Shown: positions 9,591 through 19,815 of the stretch, in pieces
Layout: the number at the start of each line of letters is the position of its first letter
How positions within the stretch are numbered: the first letter of the stretch is position 1
From: Bacillota bacterium
GTDB taxonomy: Bacteria > Bacillota > Dethiobacteria > DTU022 > UBA8154
Length of the DNA: 64,000 nucleotides
Reading direction: 5' to 3'
Assembly (NCBI GenBank): GCA_012518675.1
Contig: JAAYRR010000133.1
Coordinates: 7,015-71,014 of the forward strand
Position numbers and translations under genes: made by a program
Notes under the pieces: generated by a model
Databases searched by the model: none
The model's input: the letters and a program-made list of their open reading frames with translations, nothing else
What the model was told of the DNA's origin: nothing

Positions 9591-10981
9591 TGACTACCAA
9601 GACCTTTGACTTGACTCAGGGAGGGATCTTAAAAAAGCTTTTGCTGGTAGCGCTGCCGATTATGGGCACGCAGCTGATGCAGATGGCCTATAACTTGACT
9701 GACATGTACTGGCTGGGACGCATGCCGGACTCGGTATCTGCAGTAGCTGCAGGCGGGTTGGGGGGCATGTTCCTGTGGCTGGGTATGGCCTTGATGATGA
9801 TTGGGCGCATGGGGGCAGAAATCGGCACGTCACAAAACTTAGGCCGGGGCGATGTTGACACTGCACGCGGCTACGCCCAAGACTCCACCCGGATCGCACT
9901 GGTTCTGGGTGTTTTGTATGGTTTGGTGTTGCTAACACTAGCCGGGCCATTGGTTTCTTTGCTGCAAGTCAGAGAGCTGCACGTTTTTGAAAACACCTGC
10001 ACCTACCTGCGCATTGTTGGACTGGGTATCCCGCTTACCTATATGTCTGCTGCAATCACAGGTATGTTTAACGGCGCCGGTAATTCCAGGCTTGGCTTCT
10101 GGGCCAACGCCGCAGGTTTGTTGTTTAACATGGTTCTGGACCCCTTAATGATCCTCAACCTTAATTGGGGCGTCAAGGGCGCTGCAATTGCCACGGTAAT
10201 CGCCCAGGGCATAGTCCTGGTCCTCTTTATAGTGTTCGCAAAACGCCATCCACAAAGGCCTTTCGTGCTTTTTCATATTTTAGGGCGGATAGATCCCAAA
10301 AAAATTGAACAAATTTTGCGTTGGAGCCTACCGGTTGCCCTCGAAAGCGGGGCCTTTACTGCGCTGGCCATGGTTGTAACCGGCATGGCCTCTGCATGGT
10401 ACGGGGAAACCGCAGTTGCTGTGCAGCGCGTGGGCAGCCAGATTGAATCCCTGTCCTGGCTAATTGGCGGCGGGTTTTCTTCGGCGACCACCGCGTTTGT
10501 TGGACAAAATTTTGGGGCACGCAAATGGGAGCGGATACGTCGCGGCTACCGTATTTCACTGGGCACATTGTTTATCTGGGAGGTGCTGGTTACACTGCTT
10601 TTGTTGTTGGGAGGCCGTTTTTTATTTTCTCTTTTCCTGCGGGAGCCACCGGTAATCCTGGATATGGGTGCCACTTACCTGCGCATCCTGGCCGGATGCC
10701 AGGTTTTTATGGCGCTGGAAGGCGCCTGTTCGGGCACCTTCCGGGGGTTGGGGAAAACACTGCCGCCCAGTTTAAGCAGCATCACATCTAACCTGTTGCG
10801 TCCGCTCTTATGCTGGTTGTTTGCACAATGGATTGGCCTCAACGGCCTTTGGTTAGGCATTGCTGTTTCAGCTGCGCTGCGGGGCCTGTTTATGTTTGTT
10901 TGGTATACGTTGTATGAACGGCAGATACCCCATACCGACGAACCGGCCACACCGGCAACCTGCGAGGAAATTCCAGTTTAA
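9590..10981 (+). CDS. MATE family multidrug/oligosaccharidyl-lipid efflux transporter
   Basis: About 12 predicted TM helices, MATE-like ILKKLLLVALPIMGTQLMQMAYNLTDMYWLGRM N-terminus, roughly 465 aa. Confidence 0.85.
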   Translation: MTTKTFDLTQGGILKKLLLVALPIMGTQLMQMAYNLTDMYWLGRMPDSVSAVAAGGLGGMFLWLGMALMMIGRMGAEIGTSQNLGRGDVDTARGYAQDSTRIALVLGVLYGLVLLTLAGPLVSLLQVRELHVFENTCTYLRIVGLGIPLTYMSAAITGMFNGAGNSRLGFWANAAGLLFNMVLDPLMILNLNWGVKGAAIATVIAQGIVLVLFIVFAKRHPQRPFVLFHILGRIDPKKIEQILRWSLPVALESGAFTALAMVVTGMASAWYGETAVAVQRVGSQIESLSWLIGGGFSSATTAFVGQNFGARKWERIRRGYRISLGTLFIWEVLVTLLLLLGGRFLFSLFLREPPVILDMGATYLRILAGCQVFMALEGACSGTFRGLGKTLPPSLSSITSNLLRPLLCWLFAQWIGLNGLWLGIAVSAALRGLFMFVWYTLYERQIPHTDEPATPATCEEIPV

Positions 10982-11034
10982 AAAGTCAACCCCGGGAAAG
11001 CATCCCTTGTTTGCCCCAGAAGGTTTTATAGCTG

Positions 11035-11259
11035 TCAGACTTTCCAACGCAACAGTCCCGCCTCCAGCCCCCGTAGTTCCTGCTGCAGGCGATACAGCTT
11101 TTCCCTGACCCTTTTCAAAGCCTGCCTGTAGTCTTCCTCGCGCAGGTAGGTAACAGCATCCAAAGCAGCCAGCTTTGTTTGCTGTGCCTTAATCATGCGC
11201 TGTACCTTTTCTTTGCGCCGGGTAATCCTTTGTTGAAATCTGCGCTCCCGGTTTTCCAT
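11035..11259 (-). CDS. Hypothetical small basic coiled-coil protein (74 aa)
   Basis: ORF only. Arg/Lys/Gln-rich heptad-like sequence with a weak RBS. It lies downstream of msrAB on the same strand. Confidence 0.3.
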   Translation of the reverse strand: MENRERRFQQRITRRKEKVQRMIKAQQTKLAALDAVTYLREEDYRQALKRVREKLYRLQQELRGLEAGLLRWKV

Positions 11260-11338
11260 ATTTCCTGATTCCCACCCCGTTTCCCTACAGCCGGCAATAA
11301 TTCTGGCAAACTGTATAAAATATTAAACAACGCTTATT

Positions 11339-12319
11339 TTATTTTTTGTTAACCGGCTTCACTTTAAATAGCGAAACATACTGCCCATAACCTTCTTTTT
11401 CCAGGTCCTCTTCCGGGATAAAGCGCAGGGCTGCCGAATTAATACAGTAACGTTTTCCCCCCGGGGCAGGCCCGTCGTCAAAAACATGCCCCAAGTGGGA
11501 ATCGGCCCCCTTACTGCGCACTTCAGTACGTATTAAACCGTGGGTATAGTCAACTTTTTCCTTAATGTTATCGGGTTGCAGGGGTTTTGTAAAGCTCGGC
11601 CAGCCGCAGCCGGCATCATATTGTTCGCGAGAACTGAAAAGAGGCTCCCCGGAAACAATATCTACATAAAGCCCCGGCTCCCGGTTGTCCCAATATTCAT
11701 TGTTAAAAGGCGGCTCTGTAGCGTTTTTTTGTGTAACCTCATACTGCAACCCGGTCAGTTTTTCTTTCAGATCCTCCCCATTTTTATTTTTTGCCTGTGC
11801 CCAATGTTTTTTAATAAATGCCTCCCGGCCTGAACCCTTACGGTAGCGGTTATAATGTCCTTCATTTTTTTTATAAAAATCCTGGTGATAATCTTCAGCA
11901 GCATAAAAGGGGCCAGCAGGCAAAATTTTAGTAGTCAGCGGCTGCTTAAACCTCCTGCTGGCCGCGAGCGCCTCCTTGGAGGCCTCTGCTTTTTCTTTCT
12001 GTCTGGCATTGTGGTAAAAAATAGCTGTCTGGTAGGGCTCTCCCCGATCAAAAAATTGCCCCCCGGGATCTGTAGGATCAATCTGCCGCCAATAGATGGC
12101 CAGCAGTTCTTCATAGGTTATGGTTTGGGGATCAAATGTAATCTGGACAGCTTCCCGGTGCCCGGTCTTTTTTGCACAAACCTCCTCATAGGAAGGGTTT
12201 TCCTTGTGACCACCGGTATAACCGGAAACAACCTTTTTCACACCTTGCATCTTATCAAAGGGGGCAACCATACACCAAAAACATCCCCCAGCAAAGGTTG
12301 CCAACTCATCATCTTTCAT
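11339..12319 (-). CDS. msrAB: Bifunctional peptide-methionine sulfoxide reductase MsrA/MsrB
   Basis: MsrA active site GCFWC near the N-terminus and MsrB motif [10 protein letters not shown] near the C-terminus. I chose the ATG at 12319 with a GGGGAGG RBS; the longer GTG ORF to 12409 has no RBS. Confidence 0.85.
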   Translation of the reverse strand: MKDDELATFAGGCFWCMVAPFDKMQGVKKVVSGYTGGHKENPSYEEVCAKKTGHREAVQITFDPQTITYEELLAIYWRQIDPTDPGGQFFDRGEPYQTAIFYHNARQKEKAEASKEALAASRRFKQPLTTKILPAGPFYAAEDYHQDFYKKNEGHYNRYRKGSGREAFIKKHWAQAKNKNGEDLKEKLTGLQYEVTQKNATEPPFNNEYWDNREPGLYVDIVSGEPLFSSREQYDAGCGWPSFTKPLQPDNIKEKVDYTHGLIRTEVRSKGADSHLGHVFDDGPAPGGKRYCINSAALRFIPEEDLEKEGYGQYVSLFKVKPVNKK

Positions 12320-12645
12320 TTTGTAAATGTCAGCCTCCCCGAAAATATAATTCGAGCCTTTATTAGTTTTTACTGTCCGTGTATAATTTAAACAGTTTTT
12401 TAAAAACACCTTCCTGGCGGGGCAAACGTCATAAAACCGGGCATTAATAATCGCAGGCAGTTAAATTTACTGCATACATTGTCTTCTTCCCTTGGATCAA
12501 CCGTACATCGGCTGGGCAGAGTGCCCTGCCCGGCCTAAGAATCATTATTTTGAATATTTTTTACCTATAAACAGGTTTTTTGTATGTTTTGTAGAAAATA
12601 TGGGATACGGGATTATTTTATTTGATTAAAACAGGAGGCCTCATA

Positions 12646-14400
12646 ATGAAATCTGAAGAAATGGCTGCACTGATCAGGGTAGCCTTAGGTGACGAAAAAG
12701 CAGACTTGGTGATTACCGGTGGCTCACTGGTAAACGTTTATACTGGGGAACTGCTTAAAGGTTATGCAGTAGCCGTCAAAGGAAAGCGGATCGCTTATGT
12801 GGGACAAGATGCCGGGCACACAATAGGAACTGCAACAAAGGTTATAGATGCCACAGGCAAAATAATAGTTCCCGGCTTTATTGACAGCCACACCCATATG
12901 ACCCCCTATACGGTATATGAATTTCTCAGGTATGCACCCCGGGGGGGAACAACTACAATCATCACAGAAATGCTCGACATTTCCTTCGCTCTGGGTTTCC
13001 GGGGAACCCTGGAATTTTTGGAGTCATGCCGGGATCAGCCCATAAAAATGTTTGGCGTCGTGCCCACCATGGTTTCGCTTAGCCCCCGGTTTGACACAGA
13101 AGCCCTTAGTAAAGAACAAATTAGAGAACTTTTGCAGCGTGAAGATGTTTTAGGATTGGGGGAAACATATTGGTTCCCGGTAGTTGAACAGGAACCAAGG
13201 TTTCTGGAATTATTTGAGGAGGCTTTTAAGGCGGGAAAAAAAGTAACAGGCCATTCTGCCGGGGCCAGGGGCAATAAATTGATCGCCTATGCTGCCGGCG
13301 GGGTCTGTTCCTGCCATGAACCCATTACCGCTGCAGAGGTATTAGAAAGACTTCGCCTGGGAATGTATGTCCCCTCCAGGGAAGGTGAGATCCGCAAGGA
13401 TCTGGAAGCCATCGCTGAAATCAAGGATATGGACCTGGATCTGCGCCAATTTATTTTGGCGACGGATGGGACCTCCACCAAACAGATTTTGGAAAAAGGT
13501 TATATGGAGGTTGTCCTGGAAAAGGCTATTGCTTTGGGTTTTGACCCCATTACTGCCATTCAAATGGTAACTCTAAACCCCGCCCAATACCTGAATTTAG
13601 ACGATCGCCTCGGCGGAATAGCTCCGGGGAAATTTGCCGACATTGTAATCCTCCCAGATCTGCAGAACATAAAGGCTGAATATGTAATCAGCAACGGGCG
13701 CATCATCGCCCAGAACAGGGAGATGCTCGTCCAGCCCCGCAAACATGCCTACCCGGAATGGGCCCGGCAAAGTATCCGCCTGGCCCCCACATTTACACCA
13801 GAAGATTTTATGATTCACGTTTCTGGAACCAGCAGCACTGCACAGGTCAGGGCGATTGAACAAATAGCTGAACTGGTAACAAGCGAATTGCGCTTGGAGG
13901 TCCCTGTTTCCCGGGGAAAAATAACTGCCAATCTGGAACAGGACTTGATAAAGGTTGCTGCCATAGATTTCCTAGACGTGAAGGGGGAAAAATTTGTGGG
14001 ATTGTTAAAAGGATTTAAATTACAAAAAGGAGCGATCGCCAGCAGTACAGCCTGGGATCTGGCCAATATTGTCGCCGTTGGTGTCGATGAAAAAGATTTA
14101 GCCTTGGCTGTGAACAGGATTATAGAAATGCAAGGCGGAGCCGTAGTTTGTGCCGATGGCCGGGTGCTTGCAGAATTTTCCATGCCCATCGGAGGGTGTT
14201 TATCATCTGCCCCCCTTGAAACCCTTTTCCAAAAAACCGAGGAATTTCAGCGTGCCGCCGCCGCTTTGGGCTCGCCTTTTCAGGATACGCATCTGACGCT
14301 GATAACCCTCACTACACCTGCTATTCCCTTTTTTAGACTATGTGAAAAAGGGTTGGTTGATATCCGGACCAATGAAATGTTCGGTTTGTTGGTGAACTAA
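12646..14400 (+). CDS. ade: Adenine deaminase
   Basis: Amidohydrolase HxH metal motif in IVPGFIDSHTHM, about 585 aa and collinear with Ade. I chose the ATG at 12646 with an AGGAGG RBS rather than the upstream TTG at 12622. Confidence 0.85.
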   Translation: MKSEEMAALIRVALGDEKADLVITGGSLVNVYTGELLKGYAVAVKGKRIAYVGQDAGHTIGTATKVIDATGKIIVPGFIDSHTHMTPYTVYEFLRYAPRGGTTTIITEMLDISFALGFRGTLEFLESCRDQPIKMFGVVPTMVSLSPRFDTEALSKEQIRELLQREDVLGLGETYWFPVVEQEPRFLELFEEAFKAGKKVTGHSAGARGNKLIAYAAGGVCSCHEPITAAEVLERLRLGMYVPSREGEIRKDLEAIAEIKDMDLDLRQFILATDGTSTKQILEKGYMEVVLEKAIALGFDPITAIQMVTLNPAQYLNLDDRLGGIAPGKFADIVILPDLQNIKAEYVISNGRIIAQNREMLVQPRKHAYPEWARQSIRLAPTFTPEDFMIHVSGTSSTAQVRAIEQIAELVTSELRLEVPVSRGKITANLEQDLIKVAAIDFLDVKGEKFVGLLKGFKLQKGAIASSTAWDLANIVAVGVDEKDLALAVNRIIEMQGGAVVCADGRVLAEFSMPIGGCLSSAPLETLFQKTEEFQRAAAALGSPFQDTHLTLITLTTPAIPFFRLCEKGLVDIRTNEMFGLLVN

Positions 14401-14428
14401 TAATAAACTGCAAAAAGGGGGAAACCGC

Positions 14429-15094
14429 TTGCCGGCCGAAAGCAAAAGAAACTTAAACAAAAAAATAAACTGTTCAAATCAACAAAAAATACTGCAAATC
14501 CTTGCCAAGGAATACCCGCAGGTAACAACACTTTTAAAATACAGCAGTCCCTTTGAATTGCTTTTAGCGGTAATACTTTCTGCCCAGACCACAGACAAAC
14601 AAGTTAACAAAGTCACAGAAAAACTGTTCAAAATAATAAAGGAGCCCCGCGATGTTTTGCAGTTGGGTCCGGCCCGTCTGGAAAAAATGATTAAAGGATG
14701 TGGCTTGTATCGCCAGAAAAGCCGCCAGATTTTAGAAACATCCCGCCTTTTATGTATAAAGTTTGATGGCCGGGTACCACAAACCAGGGCAGAACTGCTG
14801 GAACTTCCCGGGGTGGGGCGCAAAACGGCAAATGTTGTTCTCAGCGTAGCTTTTGATATTCCTGCTTTTGCTGTAGACACCCATGTACAGCGGGTCAGCC
14901 GGCGGTTGGGGTTAAGCAAAGGGAAAAACGCCTTAGCCGTGGAAAAGGAAATTTGCAGCTTAGTACCTGCTGCGCTTTGGAAAAAAACCCACCGCCGGCT
15001 GATCGCCCATGGGCGCCAGGTGTGCCGTGCCCGGAACCCGCTGTGTGATTCCTGCCCCTTCAGCTCTTATTGCCCTACAGCCGGAAAGGAATAA
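14429..15094 (+). CDS. nth: Endonuclease III
   Basis: HhH-GPD motif LPGVGRKTANVVL and the C-terminal 4Fe-4S cluster loop C-x6-C-x2-C-x5-C (CRARNPLCDSCPFSSYC). Confidence 0.9.
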   Translation: MPAESKRNLNKKINCSNQQKILQILAKEYPQVTTLLKYSSPFELLLAVILSAQTTDKQVNKVTEKLFKIIKEPRDVLQLGPARLEKMIKGCGLYRQKSRQILETSRLLCIKFDGRVPQTRAELLELPGVGRKTANVVLSVAFDIPAFAVDTHVQRVSRRLGLSKGKNALAVEKEICSLVPAALWKKTHRRLIAHGRQVCRARNPLCDSCPFSSYCPTAGKE

Positions 15095-15258
15095 AAATTT
15101 TTTTGAAAAATAGCCTCCCTTTCTATACCGGGTTAAGAAACAGAAGGAGTACATGCAAATCGTCCATGTCTGCGGGCAGCTTTAGCTAATAATAAAGCAG
15201 AGTGAACGTCTCAGGTAATAATCCAGGCGGGGGGTAACAATCCTGACCTGCTTGATTA

Positions 15259-15291
15259 TTAATTAATAAGGGCAACCGACTTAGGTTGCCC
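15259..15291 (-). terminator. Terminator hairpin (GGGCAACC...GGTTGCCC) downstream of the 665-aa gene
   Basis: 8-bp GC-rich stem with a T-rich tract on the minus strand. Confidence 0.5.
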
Positions 15292-15330
15292 TCCTGGACT
15301 GTCGCCGGTATTTATACCTACACTGTGGGG

Positions 15331-17328
15331 TCAGGTAACCAAAAATTCGGCGCTTTGTTTTTCTGTCAGAGGTATGTTTTTTTTCAGATATGCAAAAAAA
15401 TCTTCAATTTCCCGCGGCCCCATGGAATCCAGATCATCGAGTAAGGAGGGAAAAAGTGGAGGATAGATCTCATAAAGATATTCATACATTTTTTCCACCA
15501 TGAATTCGGTGTCAGGCATGGCACCCCAAATCTTCTGGAGATGTTCGGTAGACATAAAGACCGCCTGGCAGTAATCACGCATCGCCATCAAGATTTTTGT
15601 CATCTTTTCAGGCCATTTTAAATCACTTTTGTTTACTGTATAGAGTTCAACAGCCTTTTTTACAGCCGTTTCTTTCCATTCCAAAGCCTTTTCAATTTCT
15701 TGATACTGCGTTGTCAGATCTTCTCCTTTTTCTGCAGCGTACTGTTCCATGCCATACTGCAAGTAGCTAATCCGTCCGTCAATAAAAATTTCCAGCGTCC
15801 TGACCAGACCGACAATATTTCTTTCTTCAATTTTTTTCAGATCATGTTTAAAAATCATCCCTGCTGGGCTGTCCGCCATGCTTTGCAAGAGGGTTGTGCA
15901 AAACAAATACCCTTTCAAGCAGGGCAGTTTTTGCCGGCCCTCCGTAGGCCGCCAGCCCCAGTTGCAAGCCCTTTTCATAATACGCAGGTAGAGAATAGCC
16001 CGGCTTTCCGGGCTTTCCCGGGGAAGATCATAACCGGCAGCGCTTAAATGTTCTCCGTGTACCGGGATATCCGGGAAAATACGGAAATTATCGGCTAATG
16101 TATCAAAGATGCCACAAAAATACTTGCCGTTTTCCCAAAAAACATGGGGGTGACGGTACAGGCCTGTTTTTTCCAGATCGTAACGACCTACATCGGTGAC
16201 ACCCAGAGGGGGGTAGTGACCATCGACCCTTAAAATCAACCTAATCTCCGGGGCCCAGGTCATTTCTTCAAATTCCAGCACCGGTAACTTTTCCAGGACC
16301 CCTCCCTGCAGGGTGGCATCAATATATTCGTCGGGAGTTACAAAATAAACCTGCAGATCGTCCCTTGTCTCCTGCAAAACCTCTTTCCAGGCCTGTTCCA
16401 TAATAATCAAAGCCAAGTCACCAAAGTCCATCAATTCCAGATCCTGAATATGAACCAGCACGCCATCGGGCGGGGCCTTTTCCAATTCTGCGTGCAATAC
16501 TTTTTTATAAAGCTCTATGCCGGCCTCTCTGGTAATAGGAAATTCCTCATGTTCCTGGTGGAGGTATTCATTCCCGAAAACAGGGTATTTCCCCAACATA
16601 TACCCCTGAAATTTAACATCTTCCCGTTTCATTTTCGTGATCGGGCGCCATATTTCCTGGGAAATGGGAAAATTACGGGGCAGAGCAAGCAGTTCCCCTT
16701 GGCTGGTTTTTAAGCGAAATGGTTTGTAGCGGTAATCACCTTCGCCCTGTAAACGAAAAGGTGCTTTTACTGTACTAAGATGTGGGAAAATAACATAGTC
16801 TATGTTTGCCTTTTTTATACCCGACATCTTATGGTAACTATAAGAGGCTTCCGGTGAAAAAAGGCCGTTGTATTTGGGATAAGGAACCTGCATATAATTA
16901 TGCAGAAACTGCCTATTCCAAAGAATTTCCTGAGTGATTTCCTTTTCTTGGAGCAAAGAAACATGCGTATGGTGCGCATGGCCGTAGAGGGGGTAAAGCC
17001 TGCCCCGAGCATAGCCCTCCTTCAGTTTTTGAAAGGCAGCAGGTACAACATTCTCAATCTGATGTAAAAGTTCATTGGAATATTCTACACATAAGGGCGC
17101 ATGCAAACTGTCACCAAATTCTATACTCTGGGAATAAATATCCCGTCCTTCTTCTTTCCTTTTTTGCATATAATTTTCATCTAAAATAGTTTTTTTCATA
17201 GGGTTTTGCTCATCCAAAGAAGAAAGCAGTATTTCCGGTAAATCCCAAAGCAGTTCATGGGCATGAAAAGCTAAAATAACATAAACTTTTTTCAAAAACA
17301 GGCCACCTCCAACTATCTTAGTTGTCAA
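15331..17328 (-). CDS. Large cytoplasmic protein of uncertain family, possibly GH57-like glycoside hydrolase (665 aa)
   Basis: Confident as a coding ORF. N-terminal ILAFHAHE, a W-A-P-E segment and a DGH segment loosely fit GH57 motifs (HxH, WLPE nucleophile, acid/base region). The family assignment is tentative. Confidence 0.4.
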   Translation of the reverse strand: MTTKIVGGGLFLKKVYVILAFHAHELLWDLPEILLSSLDEQNPMKKTILDENYMQKRKEEGRDIYSQSIEFGDSLHAPLCVEYSNELLHQIENVVPAAFQKLKEGYARGRLYPLYGHAHHTHVSLLQEKEITQEILWNRQFLHNYMQVPYPKYNGLFSPEASYSYHKMSGIKKANIDYVIFPHLSTVKAPFRLQGEGDYRYKPFRLKTSQGELLALPRNFPISQEIWRPITKMKREDVKFQGYMLGKYPVFGNEYLHQEHEEFPITREAGIELYKKVLHAELEKAPPDGVLVHIQDLELMDFGDLALIIMEQAWKEVLQETRDDLQVYFVTPDEYIDATLQGGVLEKLPVLEFEEMTWAPEIRLILRVDGHYPPLGVTDVGRYDLEKTGLYRHPHVFWENGKYFCGIFDTLADNFRIFPDIPVHGEHLSAAGYDLPRESPESRAILYLRIMKRACNWGWRPTEGRQKLPCLKGYLFCTTLLQSMADSPAGMIFKHDLKKIEERNIVGLVRTLEIFIDGRISYLQYGMEQYAAEKGEDLTTQYQEIEKALEWKETAVKKAVELYTVNKSDLKWPEKMTKILMAMRDYCQAVFMSTEHLQKIWGAMPDTEFMVEKMYEYLYEIYPPLFPSLLDDLDSMGPREIEDFFAYLKKNIPLTEKQSAEFLVT

Positions 17329-17564
17329 TAAACGTTAAACGTTAAAATATACTTGGTAGTTTTTTTGCCCTAACTTCCCCACCAGGCCTGGCCGGGGAAA
17401 AAAATGCCTTTGCATAACACTTTTTTTGCATAACATTTTTATAGTTTTGTCAGCCCCCCACATAAGGCTTTTATATCATTTCCATTAAGCAAAAAAGTAA
17501 ACAGGGTTGTTTCACCAAATTTTAGAATGCTTTTTGTACTTGCCTTTTTACAGCCGGGAATGTT

Positions 17565-17876
17565 TTATGCCGGTTGCCTTAAGCCCCAGAAAATTAAAGC
17601 AACCCCCAGATAAATGAAAAACATTTTATGAAAATTTACCTTCCGGGCCAGTCCGCTTAAACCCAGATACATTGCACCTAAAAAAATTAAAGGCCCAAGG
17701 GAGGCCAATAACGCGTTGATTTTTAAAGCATATTCCAAGCTATTAAACCTGTAGATCAAAAGGGCAGCCAAAACTTCAATACCCCCGGATAGCAGGCGCA
17801 GCAAAACAATACCCAATAATAATGAAGAAACCATCATTTCACCCCCCGGATTTTTCAAACCCTGTAAAAACACCAA
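17565..17876 (-). CDS. Small membrane protein, DUF2619/YqhV-like
   Basis: 103 aa with three hydrophobic helices; similar to Bacillus YqhV as I recall it. Confidence 0.5.
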   Translation of the reverse strand: MVFLQGLKNPGGEMMVSSLLLGIVLLRLLSGGIEVLAALLIYRFNSLEYALKINALLASLGPLIFLGAMYLGLSGLARKVNFHKMFFIYLGVALIFWGLRQPA

Positions 17877-18003
17877 ACAAAAGTATTTTTTCAGCTTTAT
17901 TTATTATATTCAAGCTACACTATATAAATAAGATGAAAATAAAACAGGGATAGAAGCTTTTTTTTCGGTAAAAATAAGATTGGCAGAAAGGAAGGTGGAA
18001 AAA

Positions 18004-18162
18004 ATGGCTAAAAAATATAATAAAGGTAGAAAGCAAAAACCAAACTTCTCCAAAAGAAACAGAGGCCGTTCCAACATGGAAACCGCCTCAGAATTGAGTC
18101 CCGAAAATAAAAGTTCAGACAAAAAAAGCGTTAAACAAAACGAACAGTCCCCCACCTCCTAA
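18004..18162 (+). CDS. Hypothetical small, very basic protein (about 52 aa)
   Basis: Strong RBS AGGAAGGTGG 7 nt before the ATG at 18004. Lys/Arg/Ser-rich. No homolog recognised. Confidence 0.35.
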   Translation: MAKKYNKGRKQKPNFSKRNRGRSNMETASELSPENKSSDKKSVKQNEQSPTS

Positions 18163-18289
18163 GGGAAAATAAACTTTTTTTCAAAACCCTTGTTTCCAAA
18201 GACAGTACTTTTTCCTAGGGGCGGGGGTAAATTGTTCGCTTGTTACCAATGGGGCAGCGGCCCTGGGCACAACTGCGGGGCCCGGGCCC

Positions 18290-19351
18290 TTATTTTTCCA
18301 GCGGCCCGTCAACCCCCGCGCCGGAAAAAGTAGCCATTTCATGTAATATTTTTACTGAAGCCTCGATAATATTCATGGCGAGAGCGGCACCTGTCCCCTC
18401 CCCCAAGCGCATATTCATAAAAAGTATGGGCTTTATGCCGATCATTTCTAGCATTTTTTTATGCCCTGGTTCGTCCGACAAATGTGAGGAAAGCAGGTAA
18501 CCCCTGACATACGGTTGCAAAGCAGTGGCTACCAAAGCGGCGGCCCCAGATATAAAACCATCTAAAACCACTGGAACCCGAAATGTTGCTCCTGCCAAAA
18601 TTACGCCTACAAGACCGGCAATTTCCAGCCCCCCAACTTTGGCCAAAGCTTCCAAAGGTTTTGCCGCCACCGGCGAATTTATTTTCAGGGCCTTTTCAAT
18701 GGCCTTTATTTTTTGTTTTAAAAGGGCATCGCTGGCCCCTGTTCCCCGGCCTGTAATACTTTCCACAGGAACACCTGAAAAAACTGCAAGTAGGGCCGTA
18801 CTGGCAGCCGTATTACCAATACCCATTTCCCCTATACCCAATAGATCGCTACCCTTTGAAAGGCAGCCCCGGGCCACTTCAAAACCTGTTTCAATCGCCT
18901 TTAAAGTCTGTGCGACAGTCATCGCCGGCCCCTTGGACATATTTTGGGTCCCGTAGGCAACCTTCCTGCTTAGAAGCAGAGGATGATCTTTAAAGTCAGC
19001 AGCCACGCCAACATCTACAATCAAAAGTTCTGCGCCTACATGACGTGAAAAAACATTCATGGCCGCCCCCCCGCTTAAAAAATTATAAACCATTTGGGCA
19101 GTTACCTCCTGGGGGTAAACATTGAAACCCTCCTCCAGAATACCGTGATCCCCTGCCATCAGAATACATGTTTTTTTGGTAATGGTAGGCAGTGCTTGAC
19201 CGGTGATCCCGGCAATTTTTTTGGCGATCTGCTCCATCACTCCCAGGCTGCCTTTGGGCTTCGTCAGATCATCTAACCGGGCTTGCGTCTGAGCCATGGC
19301 CTCCTCTTTTAAAGGTTTAATTTGAGCCAGCACCTTTTCCAGCTTAAACAT
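18290..19351 (-). CDS. cobT: Nicotinate-nucleotide--dimethylbenzimidazole phosphoribosyltransferase
   Basis: N-terminal DDLTKPKGSLG CobT hallmark, 353 aa, AAAGGGGG RBS. Confidence 0.9.
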   Translation of the reverse strand: MFKLEKVLAQIKPLKEEAMAQTQARLDDLTKPKGSLGVMEQIAKKIAGITGQALPTITKKTCILMAGDHGILEEGFNVYPQEVTAQMVYNFLSGGAAMNVFSRHVGAELLIVDVGVAADFKDHPLLLSRKVAYGTQNMSKGPAMTVAQTLKAIETGFEVARGCLSKGSDLLGIGEMGIGNTAASTALLAVFSGVPVESITGRGTGASDALLKQKIKAIEKALKINSPVAAKPLEALAKVGGLEIAGLVGVILAGATFRVPVVLDGFISGAAALVATALQPYVRGYLLSSHLSDEPGHKKMLEMIGIKPILFMNMRLGEGTGAALAMNIIEASVKILHEMATFSGAGVDGPLEK

Positions 19352-19734
19352 TTTAAAGAACCCCCTTTAATAAAAAAATTTATTACTTAATTTAAACCGG
19401 GTAAAACCTTCATCTTGATTTTTTGGTAACTTTTTTAAAAAAACCTACGGTAACTTTGAGCACCTGCCGGCACATCAATCGGGTGGGAGGCCACCATTAA
19501 TTGTGCGGCCGACCTCCCCCTCCACCGTACGTACCGTTCGGTATACGGCAGTTCTAAAGGTTACATATTACTTTGCAGGGTAACATGCAGTCAGACTGGG
19601 TTATCCGCTGCGTTTGAACCCTCCATTGGAAAGGGCAATTAAGGACATCCTTGCCTTCAGCTATGTGCTTGGCACTACCAATTCAGCACCTGGAGGACTT
19701 TCACCCGTCAGACTGCGCCCATGCCGGGCACACC

Positions 19735-19770
19735 AAAAACAAAGTTCCCGGCCATTTGGCCGGGAACTTT
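19735..19770 (-). terminator. Intrinsic terminator serving as the expression platform of the cobalamin riboswitch
   Basis: On the minus strand, AAAGTTCCCGGCC-AAAT-GGCCGGGAACTTT followed by GTTTTT. Confidence 0.7.
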
Positions 19771-19815
19771 ACCATCATCCCCTCACCTGCAAAAACCAGG
19801 CAGGTGCATACAGCT

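Noticed and set aside
12410-12645. Purine riboswitch upstream of adenine deaminase
   Set aside because: The leader contains AAATATGGG but lacks the conserved J2/3 GUUUCUACC and J3/1 GACUAUG elements.
19440-19735. Possible second (tandem) cobalamin aptamer in the cobT leader
   Set aside because: It contains GGGTGAAAGTCC, but lacks the AAxAGGGAA, GCCACTG and B12-box elements. It is recorded only as unexplained structure in the leader, not as a riboswitch.
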